Source: Leptogorgia sarmentosa (lineage: Eukaryota). From it: 64,000 nucleotides of DNA. The translations under genes and the position numbers were made by a program. Positions 40,035 through 51,775 of the stretch are shown piece by piece. The DNA lies in assembly GCA_964658305.1 (NCBI GenBank), contig OZ210885.1, positions 12,214,001 to 12,278,000 of the forward strand. Reading direction: 5' to 3'. The notes beneath the pieces were generated by a model. It was not told the origin of the DNA and made no database searches. It worked only from the letters and a program-made list of their open reading frames with translations. Each line of letters begins with the position of its first letter. The first letter of the stretch is position 1.

Positions 40035-41250
40035 ATGGCAAGAAGATTCGTGAATATTACAGACGACGACGTCGAAGTATTTATTGAAGGAGAAGAAAAT
40101 GAAAATACCAAAAAAAAACGGAGCAAGATATGTCGCTTATCAAGTCATTCATTGCATGCGAAAAGCAAACAAACGAGCCAGTTCAAATAGAAAAACTATC
40201 GCCAGAAGAACTAGGATAGTTACCTCAGCAAGTTTCTCTTGGCTGTAAGAAAAAAAAGGTGGTGAATTTGAGCCGACTACTCTTCGTGGTTTTTTGTCTT
40301 CGGTTGAACGGTATCTCAAGAAACATCGGTATAGTGAATCTATTATAAAAGGACAACATTTCACCACAACAAGAGACACTCTCAAGTCGAAACAGAAGGA
40401 ACTTAAACCGACGCAAAGGAAAGGGAAACAAACCACACGAAGCATCATGCCTAACTCCACAAGAGATTGACACTCTTTACGAAAAGGGCGCAATGGGCTT
40501 GAATAGTCCTCAAGCACTTGTTAACAGCATCTGGTTTAACAATTGTATGCATTTCGGGCTTCGCGGCGGCAAAGAACAGCGCGAGTTATAGTGGGGAGAC
40601 ATTACTCTCAAGACAGACTCTACCGGTAAAGAATATCTTGAATATAGTACTGAAAGACAAACAAAGACAAGACCCTGGAGACAATGGTTTTAACCTCAAC
40701 CGCGATGGGAGTAAACAAACTCAATTCATTGGTGAAGGATTGTGCAGAAATGGCGGAAGTTGGTCTTGACAAACGCATTACTAATCACAGTGCTCGAAAG
40801 ACGCTGGTGCAAACACTGCAAGGCCAAAACGTTCCGCCCACTCAAATAATTCAGGTTACAGGTCACAAGAACTTGCAGTCCGTAAATAACTATAGCACCC
40901 TAAGAGAAAAACAACAAGAAGATATTTCTACCATTTTGTCCTCAAGCTTATCACACACGGCAAATGTTGCAGAACATTCGTCGGCAAATTTGAAACTAGT
41001 TGTTTCATTTGGAATGGAAGCCATTCATGCGTAGTCACGAAAGTCTGCCGTCTACCTCACCCACAGCGCTGTTTCACGGCAATTACATAACAGGAGGAAC
41101 ATTCAATGTGCATGTTACCTCTAATTCTTCAGCGGAGTCCCACACAACGGTCTTACAGAGTCCAAAAAGCAAAAGGTTTCGTCGGCTTCTCCCTTTGGAA
41201 AGTAGCGACAGCAGTCAAGTGACAGTCAGAACAATTAGCTACGTAATTTG
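40035..41250 (+). pseudogene. Crypton tyrosine recombinase (DUF3504; ZMYM/QRICH1/KIAA1958-related), frameshifted with an internal deletion
   Basis: MARRF..ITDDD...NENTKKK, GGEFEPTTL, HFGLRGGKE (catalytic R), ERQTKTR, TNHSARKT (HxxR), VTGHKNLQSVNNY (H...Y), spread over several frames. Confidence 0.9.
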
Positions 41251-41489
41251 ATTATGTTTACTACGACTTTATGAATTTGTAATGTTCTTTGTACAGTTTC
41301 CGTTCGTTTTTCATTTACTAGTTTTATATACATACATTTCTGCACTTTGATATGCCTTTAAAGAGACATTGACGGCATTTGTAACTGAACATTGTTATAC
41401 TGTGTACTATTACTTACACATTTGTTTTGAGTTTAAAAAATATATTATTTATATGAATTGGCTTTTGTTTGTACTAATGTTTATAAAAT

Positions 41490-41645
41490 AAACAGAATAT
41501 TACACGATTGCTCGAAATATGAAATTTATTTCTCGTGTTGAACAGGATATCTCATTCGTTCGCTGTGCTCACTCGTGAGATATCCTGTTCAACACTCGAA
41601 ATAAATTTCATATTTCCTCGCAACCATGTAATATTCTCTATTTAT
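41490..41645 (-). repeat. Terminal foldback downstream of the Crypton recombinase
   Basis: AATATTACACG...GATATCTCA-loop-TGAGATATC...CATGTAATATT with TC/TC bulges on + (GA/GA on -). Confidence 0.8.
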
Positions 41646-41655
41646 ATAATATATA

Positions 41656-42184
41656 TATAGGATATTACACGGTTGCGAGAAGATATGGATTTTATGTTCG
41701 AGTGGCAAGAACAATATCTCACTCGTTCGCTGCGCTCACTCGTGAGATATTGTTCTTGCCACTCGAACATAAAATCCATATGTTCGAGCGAACCGTGTAA
41801 TGTTCTGTTTATTATATGGACTTATTCAGAGTGACACAAATACACAACAACTACTCTTTTAATGAAAACATGCAGTCTAAAACACGACAATTAATGGCTT
41901 TAAAATTAGCCTTTACTAAATATAGATTATAAAATACCGCTTTAATGTAGTTTATTGTAGTATTGTAGCTTTATTGTTCGTCGCAAAACGTACTAATATC
42001 GTCTTCGCTTAAATTCACAAACCTTGAAGTAGAAGCCATTTGTAAACAGCGAAAAAGGCGGGAAGGTTATGTCACCCCTAAGCGTGACATACGGAAAATA
42101 CGCGCACCGTATCCCGGATGTAGTGGCGTATGAGTTCTACGAGTGTTTTAGTTCCCAATAAAATACCGCTGTCCATATAATAAA
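41656..42184 (+). mobile_element. Non-autonomous terminal-hairpin element related to the Crypton end at 41490-41645
   Basis: ~155-bp foldback with a similar loop. Inner TTTATTATATGGAC is matched by terminal GTCCATATAATAAA. Confidence 0.8.
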
Positions 42185-42192
42185 TATATATA

Positions 42193-43185
42193 CAGAGGGT
42201 TGCCAAAAAAAAAGAGCCCCCCTATTTAAAAAGGGCTTTTTGTGTGAATGTGGACGCACATGCGGTATGGATAAAATATATTGCTTCACAAGCATTCAAC
42301 AAATAGTTCGTGCTAAAAGTGATGGGTTTTAGCCAATCTCACTGTAATCAGTGTGAAACAGCTGTTGCCATCGAGGAAGCAAATGAGAAGAAAGGGCTAA
42401 GAAGAAGATAGGTAGAAACCTTCAATATTGAACTCACCCCGTGCTAGACGCGAGTGCTTGGAAAGTAGCAACGAATATAGACTCAGCTATCCTCGGGCAA
42501 AAAAAGTCGTATGAAGGAAAGTGAGAGTGCTGAATGAATGCCAGGTTCTGGAACACCGCACAAGAAAAGGATTCACGAAGACAGGCTTTTGATGAGAGAG
42601 GCTGTTAAGAGATTATCAACTCTCGAATGTTTGCCCAAATATCGCTGACCTCGCACAGCCACTAATAAAGCGCACATATATGTAACCAAATATCACCATG
42701 GACTAAAACGCCGCCTCTGCCAAAAATAAACCGAAAAATTTAATTCAAACAATATTCAGTCCGATTACTCAATGGAGATAACTTAATATGGCAGCATGAC
42801 AAGGACTCCCAGGAACGATTCGTATTGTGGAATATTATCTGAGGAATCAATTTTAATTGAAAATTGAAGTGTTCTTTTGCTAACACAAAGCCCAGACTTC
42901 AATCCCATTGAGAATTTGTTGCGGAGCCAGGAGAGAAGACTAGATATGAAATGTTCATCTCGAATTGAGGAGTAGTTATTTGAGGAGTCAGGGTTGGAAG
43001 AATAACAACCATGAATACGTTCATAAACTTGTCTAGAACATCCTTGGGTGCAGTCCACAGATCATCAAAGGTTGCAGATATCATATTGCTTACCAAATGT
43101 TGTGTTCTTAGAGTGAAATAGGACTATTTCTCTACATCTCATTTGTCGTGCAATCCTTTTTTTACGACAAAATGAATATGACTTA
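42193..43185 (+). mobile_element. Degraded Tc1-like transposon
   Basis: TA|CAG start. PGSGTPHK..EDRLLMR (HTH linker-like), WQHDK, SPDFNPIENL (Tc1 SPDLNPIE motif) in broken frames. Confidence 0.6.
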
Positions 43186-43200
43186 TATATATATATATAT

Positions 43201-43498
43201 ATTTAGTAGAATCATCTCGTATTCTATTGCAAATGCTGCAATTTGATTGGCTACTCTACTCGCTATCTATTCCTCGATAGATAGCGGTAGCAAAATATGT
43301 GAATTTTCGTTCAAGAAAATGTCTTCTGAGACGCGTTTTAAAATTATTTTTTGCAATATTTTCATGTTTGATCTCTGATTCTACTAAAACAATTAGATTA
43401 CTCGCTCTCGATTTCTACGAGATGATAGTTGATTCGGGCTTCGCCCTCGTCAACTATCACCTCATAGAAATCTCGAGCTCGTAATCTAATTGTTAAAT
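43201..43498 (-). mobile_element. Non-autonomous terminal-hairpin element in (TA)n
   Basis: Right-end foldback centred on GGGC-TTC-GCCC with TC/TC bulges. TTAGTAGAATCA / TGATTCTACTAA inverted pair. TGATTGG motif. Confidence 0.75.
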
Positions 43499-43506
43499 AT
43501 ATATAT

Positions 43507-46123
43507 ATACGATAAAGTTTTGGTTAACGAAATGCCAAAAGAGTGCTCGATACCATATAGATAGAGCAAATAGTATAGTTTTGCCTCAAAAAGGTGCCAC
43601 TACAGCCTGTTTCATCCAAAAGGAATCATCAGATGGCTGATAAATTTCGAAAAGTTTGCTGCTTATAAGTGTTTTGAGTCGGAAGCGTGGGCATGGGCGT
43701 CAAACAATGCATGCACTCCTTGATTTCCTTCCATTGTTTAGGTTGTTTACTAGGTATTTCTTTTTATGGTTACATGTCGAAACTATTTCCGATTTTTTGT
43801 TTAGTAAATTTTGTTTGTTTTTATCTTTCAAAATACAGAGCTTTTCTTCTAAACATAAATTGCATCTTTTTGTTCCTCCCGTATACGAAATACAATGCTT
43901 AATTATAGACCAAGTAATGTCGAAATCTTTGTTATTATCTTTTAGTCCCCAAATATATTTCGAAAGTTCTGTTTCGTTTGAGTACCTTTTGTGGTTAAAT
44001 GATTTAATATGGTTTCTATATCGCTCTTTAAATGTGCTTGCCGTCATGCCTATGTAATGTTTTGTGCTGTTTGTGCGGGTGACAGTGGCCTTGTAAACTA
44101 TGTCTTTGGTCATGCATTTTTCCTGAAGTGGGCATGTGTTCTTGTCTCTACAAGTGCATAGGTCAGTGGCCTCGCACTGTAGCTTACTTTTCCTAATCAT
44201 ACGTGTGTTGTGCCTAGAAATTATAGATTTGACATTGTTCATGCAACTGTAACTGACCTTGACTGTGTTCCTATTAAAAATCTTGTGTAGCTTGTGGTGA
44301 GGTGGAAAATGTATGTCTAATAAGCCCAGGAAATCACGTGCGATGTGTGTCTTGACACTCTTGCTGAAAGGGGGATTGAACCAAACGATGTTGCGTTGCC
44401 TATTTCTGCGTGTTTGTGGTGTTTGATTCATGTATTCAAGCTTGTGGTCGAAATTGCTGTGCCTTAGTGCGTTTTGGTAAGCAGGAGCACTTTCATGGAA
44501 TGTGTGCTCATCTGATGAGAGTGTCGAAATGCGCTTGTTGATCGATGTCTTATGATGCCTGGTGGGTGGTTGGAATGTTTGTTTATGTATAGTGGATCGT
44601 CATTAGGCTTTCTATAGGGCTTAAATTTTCCATTGTTAAGATCGAAAGTGACATCTAAGAAATTTACTACATGCAAATTTCCCTCAGCTGTTATTTTTAA
44701 ACCAAAATTGTCGAAACATTTATGGAGTTCTTTCCTGGTTTTATCTGCCAAACGTGCTGATTTGTTTTTCATGATAGCTAATGCATCATCTCTGTATAAA
44801 TCGATGTTTTCTTTGCCAAATTTTTCCCCTAGATCGTTTAATATGAAAAGGCCTACAAGTTCACAAATTTCAGCTCCGTCGTAACTACCCATAGTTACGT
44901 CAAATAAGCTGTTGCTGTCCTTTTTTATCCAAGGTTTTCCGTCATTGAAAAGCAGTGATTTCCTAGCGTGTTTTATTATTGAAATGTCATCCTTTGATAT
45001 GTGAGCCAAATTGGAAGCCCAAGATAATGCTTGGTCCAGTAAATTTTCTGATATCGATGGGTAGAAATCCACTATGTCAAACGAAATGAAAGTGTGCCTA
45101 TGTTTTTCTTTGATGTTGCCAAACCACTCTATAACGTTTTGGGTGTTTTGCCATTGGTTTAGGTTCAAAATTTTCCTCAAATTGGGATTGATTTTGTCAA
45201 GGATGATCTTACTTAGTTTTCCAGATTCGCTTTTTGCGGGATTGATTAGTCGGCATTTTGGGTTGTTTTCGAAATTTTCTTTGTTGTCTTTTAATGAAAT
45301 AAATGCTTCACGTTTTTTCATCTGTTCAATCCGGTCGCCATTTTCTAAATTCTTCGAAATGTGTTTTAGTTCGTTGTCGATTTCCGAAATTGTGTTCTGA
45401 TCCGTGTTTGTATGTTTTTGTGATGTTGTCATGCATGAGCTTGTTATATGCGTCGAGCGATGTTTCATAAATGTTTCTAGTTTTGTCAGCGAAAACGAAA
45501 ATGTTCGGAGACGAATTAATTTTCTTTAAATCATTTGCCAAAGACTTTTGAATTTGATTTTCCGCGGTATGTATGTTTTTGTGATGTTGTCATGCATGAG
45601 CTTGTTATATGCCTCGAGCGATGTTTCATAAATGTTTCTAGTTTTGTCAGCGAAAACGAAAATGTTCGGAGACGAATTAATTTTCTTTAAATCATTTGCC
45701 AAAGACTTTTGAAATTGATTTTCCGCGGTTCGAAATTTAATGTTTTCAATTAGGTTAATAACGTCATTCTCGAAAGGTTTCATTTCTAAAATTGTGGGAG
45801 GTGTTTTGTTGGAAGGAAGATCGAAACGGTTGTTTTGTTTGGAAATTTTGTCTCCTTTTAGGAAAAAATGAGCTCTCCATCTCATGCGTTTTAGTACACT
45901 TTCAACTTTTTCAATCAAATTTCTCAAATAAGCATCCTGTGGTGGTATAGGAATGTTTTTCAATGAATAGTCGAATCGAAATTGTCTCGTGTTTTAAGGT
46001 GAAATGTATATTCCGAAAACGAGAGTGCACAACCGATATACGGGTGCAAATATACGATAAAGTTTTGGTTAACGAAATGCCAAAAGAGTGCTCGATACCA
46101 TATAGATAGAGCAAATAGTATAT
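43507..46123 (-). mobile_element. Penelope-like element (RT + GIY-YIG), disrupted
   Basis: RT SFDIVDFYPSI, MGSYDGAE, YRDD. GIY-YIG DIVYKATV..HYIGMT..FKERY (43700-44431). pLTR-like direct repeat 43507-43577 = 46051-46123. ~160-bp internal duplication at 45410-45729. Start codon mutated to ACG at 45990. Confidence 0.92.
43596..43637 (-). ncRNA. Minimal type I hammerhead ribozyme in the Penelope 3' repeat
   Basis: Minus strand GCCAT-CTGATGA-TTCCTTTTGGAT-GAAA-CAGGCTG-TA-GTGGC: conserved core with stems I and II and a short palindromic stem III. Confidence 0.8.
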
Positions 46124-46125
46124 AC

Positions 46126-47643
46126 TTTTTGGCATTTCGTTAACCAAAACTTTATCGTATATTTGAACCCGTATATCGGTTGTGCACTCTCGTTTTCGGA
46201 ATATACATTTCACCTTAAAACATGAGACAATTTCGATTCGACTATTCATTGAAAAACATTCCTATACCACCACAGGATGCTTATTGAGAAATTTGATTGA
46301 AAAAGTTGAAAGTGTACTAAAACGCATGAGATGGAAAGCTCATTTTTTCCTAAAAGGAGACAAAATTTCCAAACAAAACAACCGTTTCGATCTTCCTTCC
46401 AACAAAACACCTCCCACAATTTTAGAAATGAAACCTTTCGAGAATGACGTTATTAACCTAATTGACAACATTAAATTTCGAACCGCGGAAAATCAATTTC
46501 AAAAGTCTTTGGCAAATGATTTAAAGAAAATTAACTCGTCTCCGAACATTTTCGTTTTCGCTGACAAAACTAGAAACATTTATGAAACATCGCTCGACGC
46601 ATATAACAAGCTCATGCATGACAACATCACAAAAACATACAAACACGGATCAGAAGGCACAATTTCGGAAATCGACAACGAACTAAAACACATTTCGAAG
46701 AATTTAGGAAATGGCGACCGGATTGAACAGATGAAAAAACGTGAAGCATTTATTTCATTAAAAGACCACAAAGAAAATTTCGAAAACAACCAAAAATGCC
46801 GACTAATCAATCCCGCAAAAAGCGAATCTGGAAAACTAAGTAAGATCATCCTTGACAAAATCAATCCCAATTTGAGGAAAATTTTGAACCTAAACCAATG
46901 GCAAAACACCCAAAACGTTATAGAGTGGTTTGGCAACACCAAAGAAAAACATAGGCACACTTTCATTTCGTTTGACATAGTGGATTTCTACCCATCGATA
47001 TCAGAAAATTTACTGGACCAAGCATTATCTTGAGCTTCCAATTTGGCTCACATATCAAAGGATGACATTTCAATAATGAAACACGCTAGGAAATCACTGC
47101 TTTTCAATGACGGAAAACCTTGGATAAAAAAAGACGGCAACAGCTCAACTACCATGGGTAGTTACGACGGAGCTGAAATTTGTGAACTTGTAGGCCTTTT
47201 CATATTAAACGATCTAGGGGAAAAATTTGGCAAAGAAAACATCGGTTTATACAGAGATGATGGATTGGCTATCGTGAAAAACAAATCAGCACGTTTGGCA
47301 GATAAAACCAGGAAAGAACTCCATAAATGTTTCGACAATTTTGGTTTAAAAATAACAGCTGAGGGAAATTTGCATGTAGTAAATTTCTTAGATGTCACTT
47401 TCGATCTTAACAATGGAAAATTTAAGCCCTATAGAAAGCCTAATGACGATCCACTATACATAAACAAACATTCCAACCTCCCACCAAGCATCATAAGACA
47501 TCGATCAACAAGCGCATCTCGACACTCTCATCAGATGAGCACACATTCCATGAAAGTGCTCCTGCTTACCAAAACGCACTAAGGCACAGCAATTTCGACC
47601 ACAAGCTTGAATACATGAATCAAGCACCACAAACACGCAGAAA
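46126..47643 (+). mobile_element. Penelope-like element, inverted second copy, truncated before GIY-YIG
   Basis: Reverse complement of ~44400-46085. ATG at 46222, early 1-nt deletion, TGA at 47031, YRDDGL. Ends in (TA)n. Confidence 0.92.
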
Positions 47644-47664
47644 TATATATATATATATATATAT

Positions 47665-47994
47665 ATTTAACAATTATACCATGAGCTCGAGTCGTATATG
47701 AGCTGATAGCCGACGAGGCGCTGCCGAGTTGGCTATCAGCCATATACGACGAGAGCGAATGCTATAATTGTTTTATTATATAGACAAAAGGCGAACATTA
47801 TAAAATTTATTAAAATCATTCATTTGAGGGAAACGCTCAGCCATTTTCAGCCATTTTCAGCCATTTTGTTTTAAGCTCACTTGAGTGCGATAATTAATTC
47901 GTCCTACTCACTATATATGAAGTAATAGCTAGTGAGTAGCTCAGCCAATCAGATTACAGAATATCTCATATATAGTGCTTGTCTATATAATAAA
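47665..47994 (+). mobile_element. Non-autonomous terminal-hairpin element in (TA)n
   Basis: Foldback with repeated GA/GA bulges centred on GAC-GA-GGC-GCT-GCC-GA-GTT. TTATTATATAGAC / GTCTATATAATAA pair. CCAATCAGA. Confidence 0.75.
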
Positions 47995-48038
47995 TATATA
48001 TATATGGTGTGTTGTTTTTTGTTCACTCGGTATATATA

Positions 48039-48273
48039 GATACGTAGAAGGTGTTCTCGGGTGAGAAATTACCAAAGCGACCAAGCAGTAAAACTGACTT
48101 GCCGCGGACAGGATTCGAACCCTCGACCCCCGCAATGCCAGCGCGACGCTGTACCAACTGAGCTACGCGGTCAAGTACGAATTTGTCCTGGTAATTGGAA
48201 GGGTCATACTAAGCGTCATAGACATACTTGTCTACATCAGTACTTTCTCACTCGAGAACACCTTCTACGTATC
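48039..48273. mobile_element. MITE carrying an internal tRNA-like sequence
   Basis: 30-bp TIR GATACGTAGAAGGTGTTCTCG(G/A)GTGAGAAA in (TA)n. Minus-strand tRNA-like segment at 48099-48172 with A and B boxes. Confidence 0.8.
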
Positions 48274-48308
<35 letters not shown>

Positions 48309-49726
48309 GCCGCAAACATCTCAAACTTAAAGTGGCTAATGAGGGACAATTTATCTCAAATATTATTTACCAAAATGGGTCAGTTTACACACAGGATCTG
48401 TCGAATTGCAGCTATGTTGATGATGACAGCTTCAGGGTTTTCTCTTAACGGCAAAATGTAAATGGCAAAATATTTTGACTACCGAAAAACCAAATTATTG
48501 TAAAGGAAAGTTACTACAGTATATAGTAACATGCCTGAGCCGTCTATTGAAATTATCTGTCGTTGTAAGCACTCGTGAACTAGAGTGCGAGGTTTTTAAG
48601 GTACTGTGTCGTTGTTAATGACCCATGTTTTTCAAAGTGAATATTATTTATCATGTTGCCATATTTTGTCTTAACTTTGCATGAAACATTTGTACAACTT
48701 CTTTGCATAAATTCAAGATGCGGAATATATAAATCCACTGATCCTATATTTGTTTAACGTATAACGTATAAGCTCACCTGTAAGACGGTTCCAATTTCCA
48801 ATTTCTGAATTTCGGTTTCGCTGGCCTCTTTTGTAGACGCGTAGCAAAGTCTTGCCTGGTGTCAACAATATATCAACAAATTTGTTTTGTGTTTAAATTG
48901 CCAGATGTTTCCCTCCGCTATCATGCCATTATAGATGAATTCATTGACGTTGAAACAATCACAAATTTGCCAATACATAACATACAACAATCATTAGCAT
49001 ACATAAAAATTTCGCTCATTTATTATCGCTAATTCACAAATGAAAAACACGAAAGGCTGCAAGGCGTTGCGATCGGACGGTTTGGGAGCTGCGCGATCAC
49101 CTAAATCGTCGCCTGGCGGGCAAAAATTGTTCTTCCATTAACAAATTAAACTGAGGTTTATGTCTTACTCCATATCAGAACGAAGAAAATGGCATTTGCG
49201 GTTCAAATTTCAGAAATTTTCTGTCCCCCCCCCCGGCCTCCACCCGCCTCCCCCTTACCTTGGCAACAGCGGCCTTAAACATACAGAACGTGAACGTCAC
49301 GAAAAACGACAAACAAAATCGTGGAAGTAAACGATTTTTTGAGATTATTGTCCTCTAATAATTTTATTCTTATTCTCCCTCAACATGCCACATCCCGTTC
49401 TGATTTTTCCTTGACAACTGACGTGAGCCGAATACGTGAAGGACTAAAATCGAACGATTTTAATACCATTGCGAATTTTCAATGGTCATCGGAAATACTG
49501 TGTTTATGTTGTTTTTGTATTATCTTGTTAGTGTTTGGGAGGGTGAGATTGAGGGATTGCTATACATTTCGAGTAGTGCACTGGTTACTACACGCTTCTA
49601 ACACTCCAAGGACGCCAGTTTAAATCTGGCTAGGATCTCCATCTCCATGAATTTGTTTCAAATTTTTTGTTGTATCGATTCACTTCTCCAGAACTTTGTC
49701 TCTGTTTTGTAATTTTGTTCCAATTC

Positions 49727-49799
49727 GTTTCTGTAGTGTAGTGGTTATCACGTGCGCTTCACACGCGCAAGATCCCCAGTTCAATCCTGGGCAGAAACA
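49727..49799 (+). tRNA. tRNA-Val(CAC)
   Basis: Full cloverleaf, anticodon arm TGCGC-TTCACAC-GCGCA. Confidence 0.9.
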
Positions 49800-50188
49800 A
49801 GGAATCAATAATTCAGCGGCTAAGGGCGGAAAGTCTTGCTGCTTTCATTTTAAATTTGTTACTTGGAAATAATTATATTGGAACCACGAAATAGCACCAC
49901 AAATTTCGGATAATAGTTATCTAATTAAAGTGAATACATCTATTTCTATGATAAAAATGTGTGGAAATTTAAAGTGCGAATGGAACGAAATTTTCGTTAT
50001 TCTGATTTTTGTTTTAGTTAAAAAGAACTCGCAAGGGGATAGAGTAAATTTTTCATATCTCGTTCTCGAGATATTAAGTATTCAAATAAAACATATGTGT
50101 ATGTAGCGAATTTACATATTTGAAATATTGTGTAATATATCGTTAAGATTACTATCTGAAATAACTTTAAAGTTGCACAGTTTGGCTA

Positions 50189-50259
50189 CACTATAGCAGG
50201 AAATCGAACCCAGGTCTCCCGCGTGGCAGGCGAGAATTCTACCACTGAACGACCAATGC
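50189..50259 (-). pseudogene. tRNA-Gly(GCC) pseudogene
   Basis: GCATTGGTCGTTCAGTGGTAGAATTCTCGCCTGCCACGC...; the 3' acceptor strand does not pair. Confidence 0.75.
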
Positions 50260-50538
50260 GAAGTTGCCCAATACTTTCGTAATAATGTTCATATTCCATA
50301 AGATGCCGAACATTTTCACCAAACATCTTCAACTAATGAATCAGAGTAAGTTCTAGGAAATTTTTACACTTTAAAAATCATCAGCAAATCATTTTTTTAT
50401 GGAAAAGCAAGATCATGTCAACAAGGACTTAAATACAGAAAAAAACAAAAGAACGGTAAGAGGGATAGAGCTAGTATAATAGCAATGGTTTTGCTAATTT
50501 CTCGAATTGCATAATTTTTCCTTCTCTCGCAAGTATTA

Positions 50539-50610
50539 TTCCCATGCCGGGAATCGAACCCGGGCCTTGGCGGTGAGAGCGCCAGATCCTGACCACTAGA
50601 CTACATGGGA
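50539..50610 (-). tRNA. tRNA-Glu(CTC)
   Basis: Full cloverleaf, TGGCG-CTCTCAC-CGCCA. Confidence 0.9.
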
Positions 50611-50707
50611 GAAACAATTTATCTTTTCTCGGAATGTGAAAATAACGATAATATTTTTAATTTGAATTTGGAAGAAAATTTCGAAAGACAGCGTGGCCAG
50701 AGGCGCT

Positions 50708-50780
50708 TGACCTTGAAGTGAATTGAACACTTAACCTTCTGATCTGGAGTCAGACGCGCTACCAATTGCGCCACAAGGTC
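50708..50780 (-). tRNA. tRNA-Trp(CCA)
   Basis: GACCTTG/CAAGGTC acceptor stem, TCTGA-CTCCAGA-TCAGA arm. Confidence 0.88.
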
Positions 50781-50960
50781 GTAGCGCTGTTAAAATGGTT
50801 TGGTTTCAGAGAACGAGTTTGAGAATGTGAACACAAGCTGCTTCAAATTAAAATTTTCAGAAAAAATTGTTGATATCGGAAAATATTAATTTTACTTTTT
50901 TCCCGAGTTTTCACAAAATATGGATAAGAAACGTGAACTTTTGAAATTTATATTAACTAT

Positions 50961-51023
50961 TGATTTTCGCTTTGGGTGCCAGAAGTCATCAGAGGTCACA
51001 GGTTCGATTCCCATGCAATCCCT
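50961..51023 (+). pseudogene. tRNA-Pro(TGG) remnant
   Basis: 5' part missing, insertion after the anticodon arm, T arm GGTTCGATTCC retained. Confidence 0.6.
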
Positions 51024-51092
51024 GAATTAACCAAGTAAGACGTTGTATTTTTTGAAAGCTTCCGTAAATCCTTAGAAAACCTCGCCCAAACA

Positions 51093-51116
51093 CGTCCCTG
51101 GTTGGACTCGAACCAA

Positions 51117-51160
<44 letters not shown>

Positions 51161-51166
51161 AGAGAC
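51093..51166 (-). tRNA. tRNA-Asn(GTT)
   Basis: Full cloverleaf, TTCGG-CTGTTAA-CCGAA. Confidence 0.92.
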
Positions 51167-51333
51167 CTACTCCTTTGAAAACCTTTCGAAAAGAAATATA
51201 AAAACAATGGATATTATTTTTGGCCAAAATCTGATTTTTTGCCAAGGCCACTTTGAACGGCAACAATAAACAGAACTTCAACGGTGACGATGCGACAATG
51301 GCGATTACAATAATTTTTGGTGTTTGAAACAGA

Positions 51334-51405
51334 TGCCGTGACCAGGATTCGAACCTAGGTTATTGCGGCCACAACGCAATGTACTAACCACTATACGATC
51401 ACGGC
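51334..51405 (-). tRNA. tRNA-His(GTG)
   Basis: GCCGTGATCGTATAGTGGTTAGTAC..., TTGCG-TTGTGGC-CGCAA. Confidence 0.9.
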
Positions 51406-51507
51406 GACGTCGTTGGAAGATGGGAAAATGTTATGGAACGGCTGAGATTTTACATTAACCCCCTATTTTTCTCCAAGTACAATAGAAAACATTTTGATAC
51501 CATCAAT

Positions 51508-51579
51508 GGCTTGCTGGTCTAGTGGTATGATTCTCGCTTAGGGTGCGAGAGGTCACGGGTTCGATTCCCGTGCAAGCCC
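51508..51579 (+). tRNA. tRNA-Pro(AGG)
   Basis: Full cloverleaf, CTCGC-TTAGGGT-GCGAG. Confidence 0.92.
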
Positions 51580-51701
51580 TAGTTAATTATCCAAGTAAGA
51601 CGTTCTGTTTTTTGAAAGCTTTCGTAAGTCCTTAGAAAACCTCGCGAAAAAAATTCGGTTACATTTACCATCACGACGCCTGAATAACATCACACCAAAC
51701 A

Positions 51702-51725
51702 CGTCCCTGGTTGGACTCGAACCAA

Positions 51726-51769
<44 letters not shown>

Positions 51770-51775
51770 AGAGAC
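51702..51775 (-). tRNA. tRNA-Asn(GTT)
   Basis: Same sequence as 51093-51166. Confidence 0.92.
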
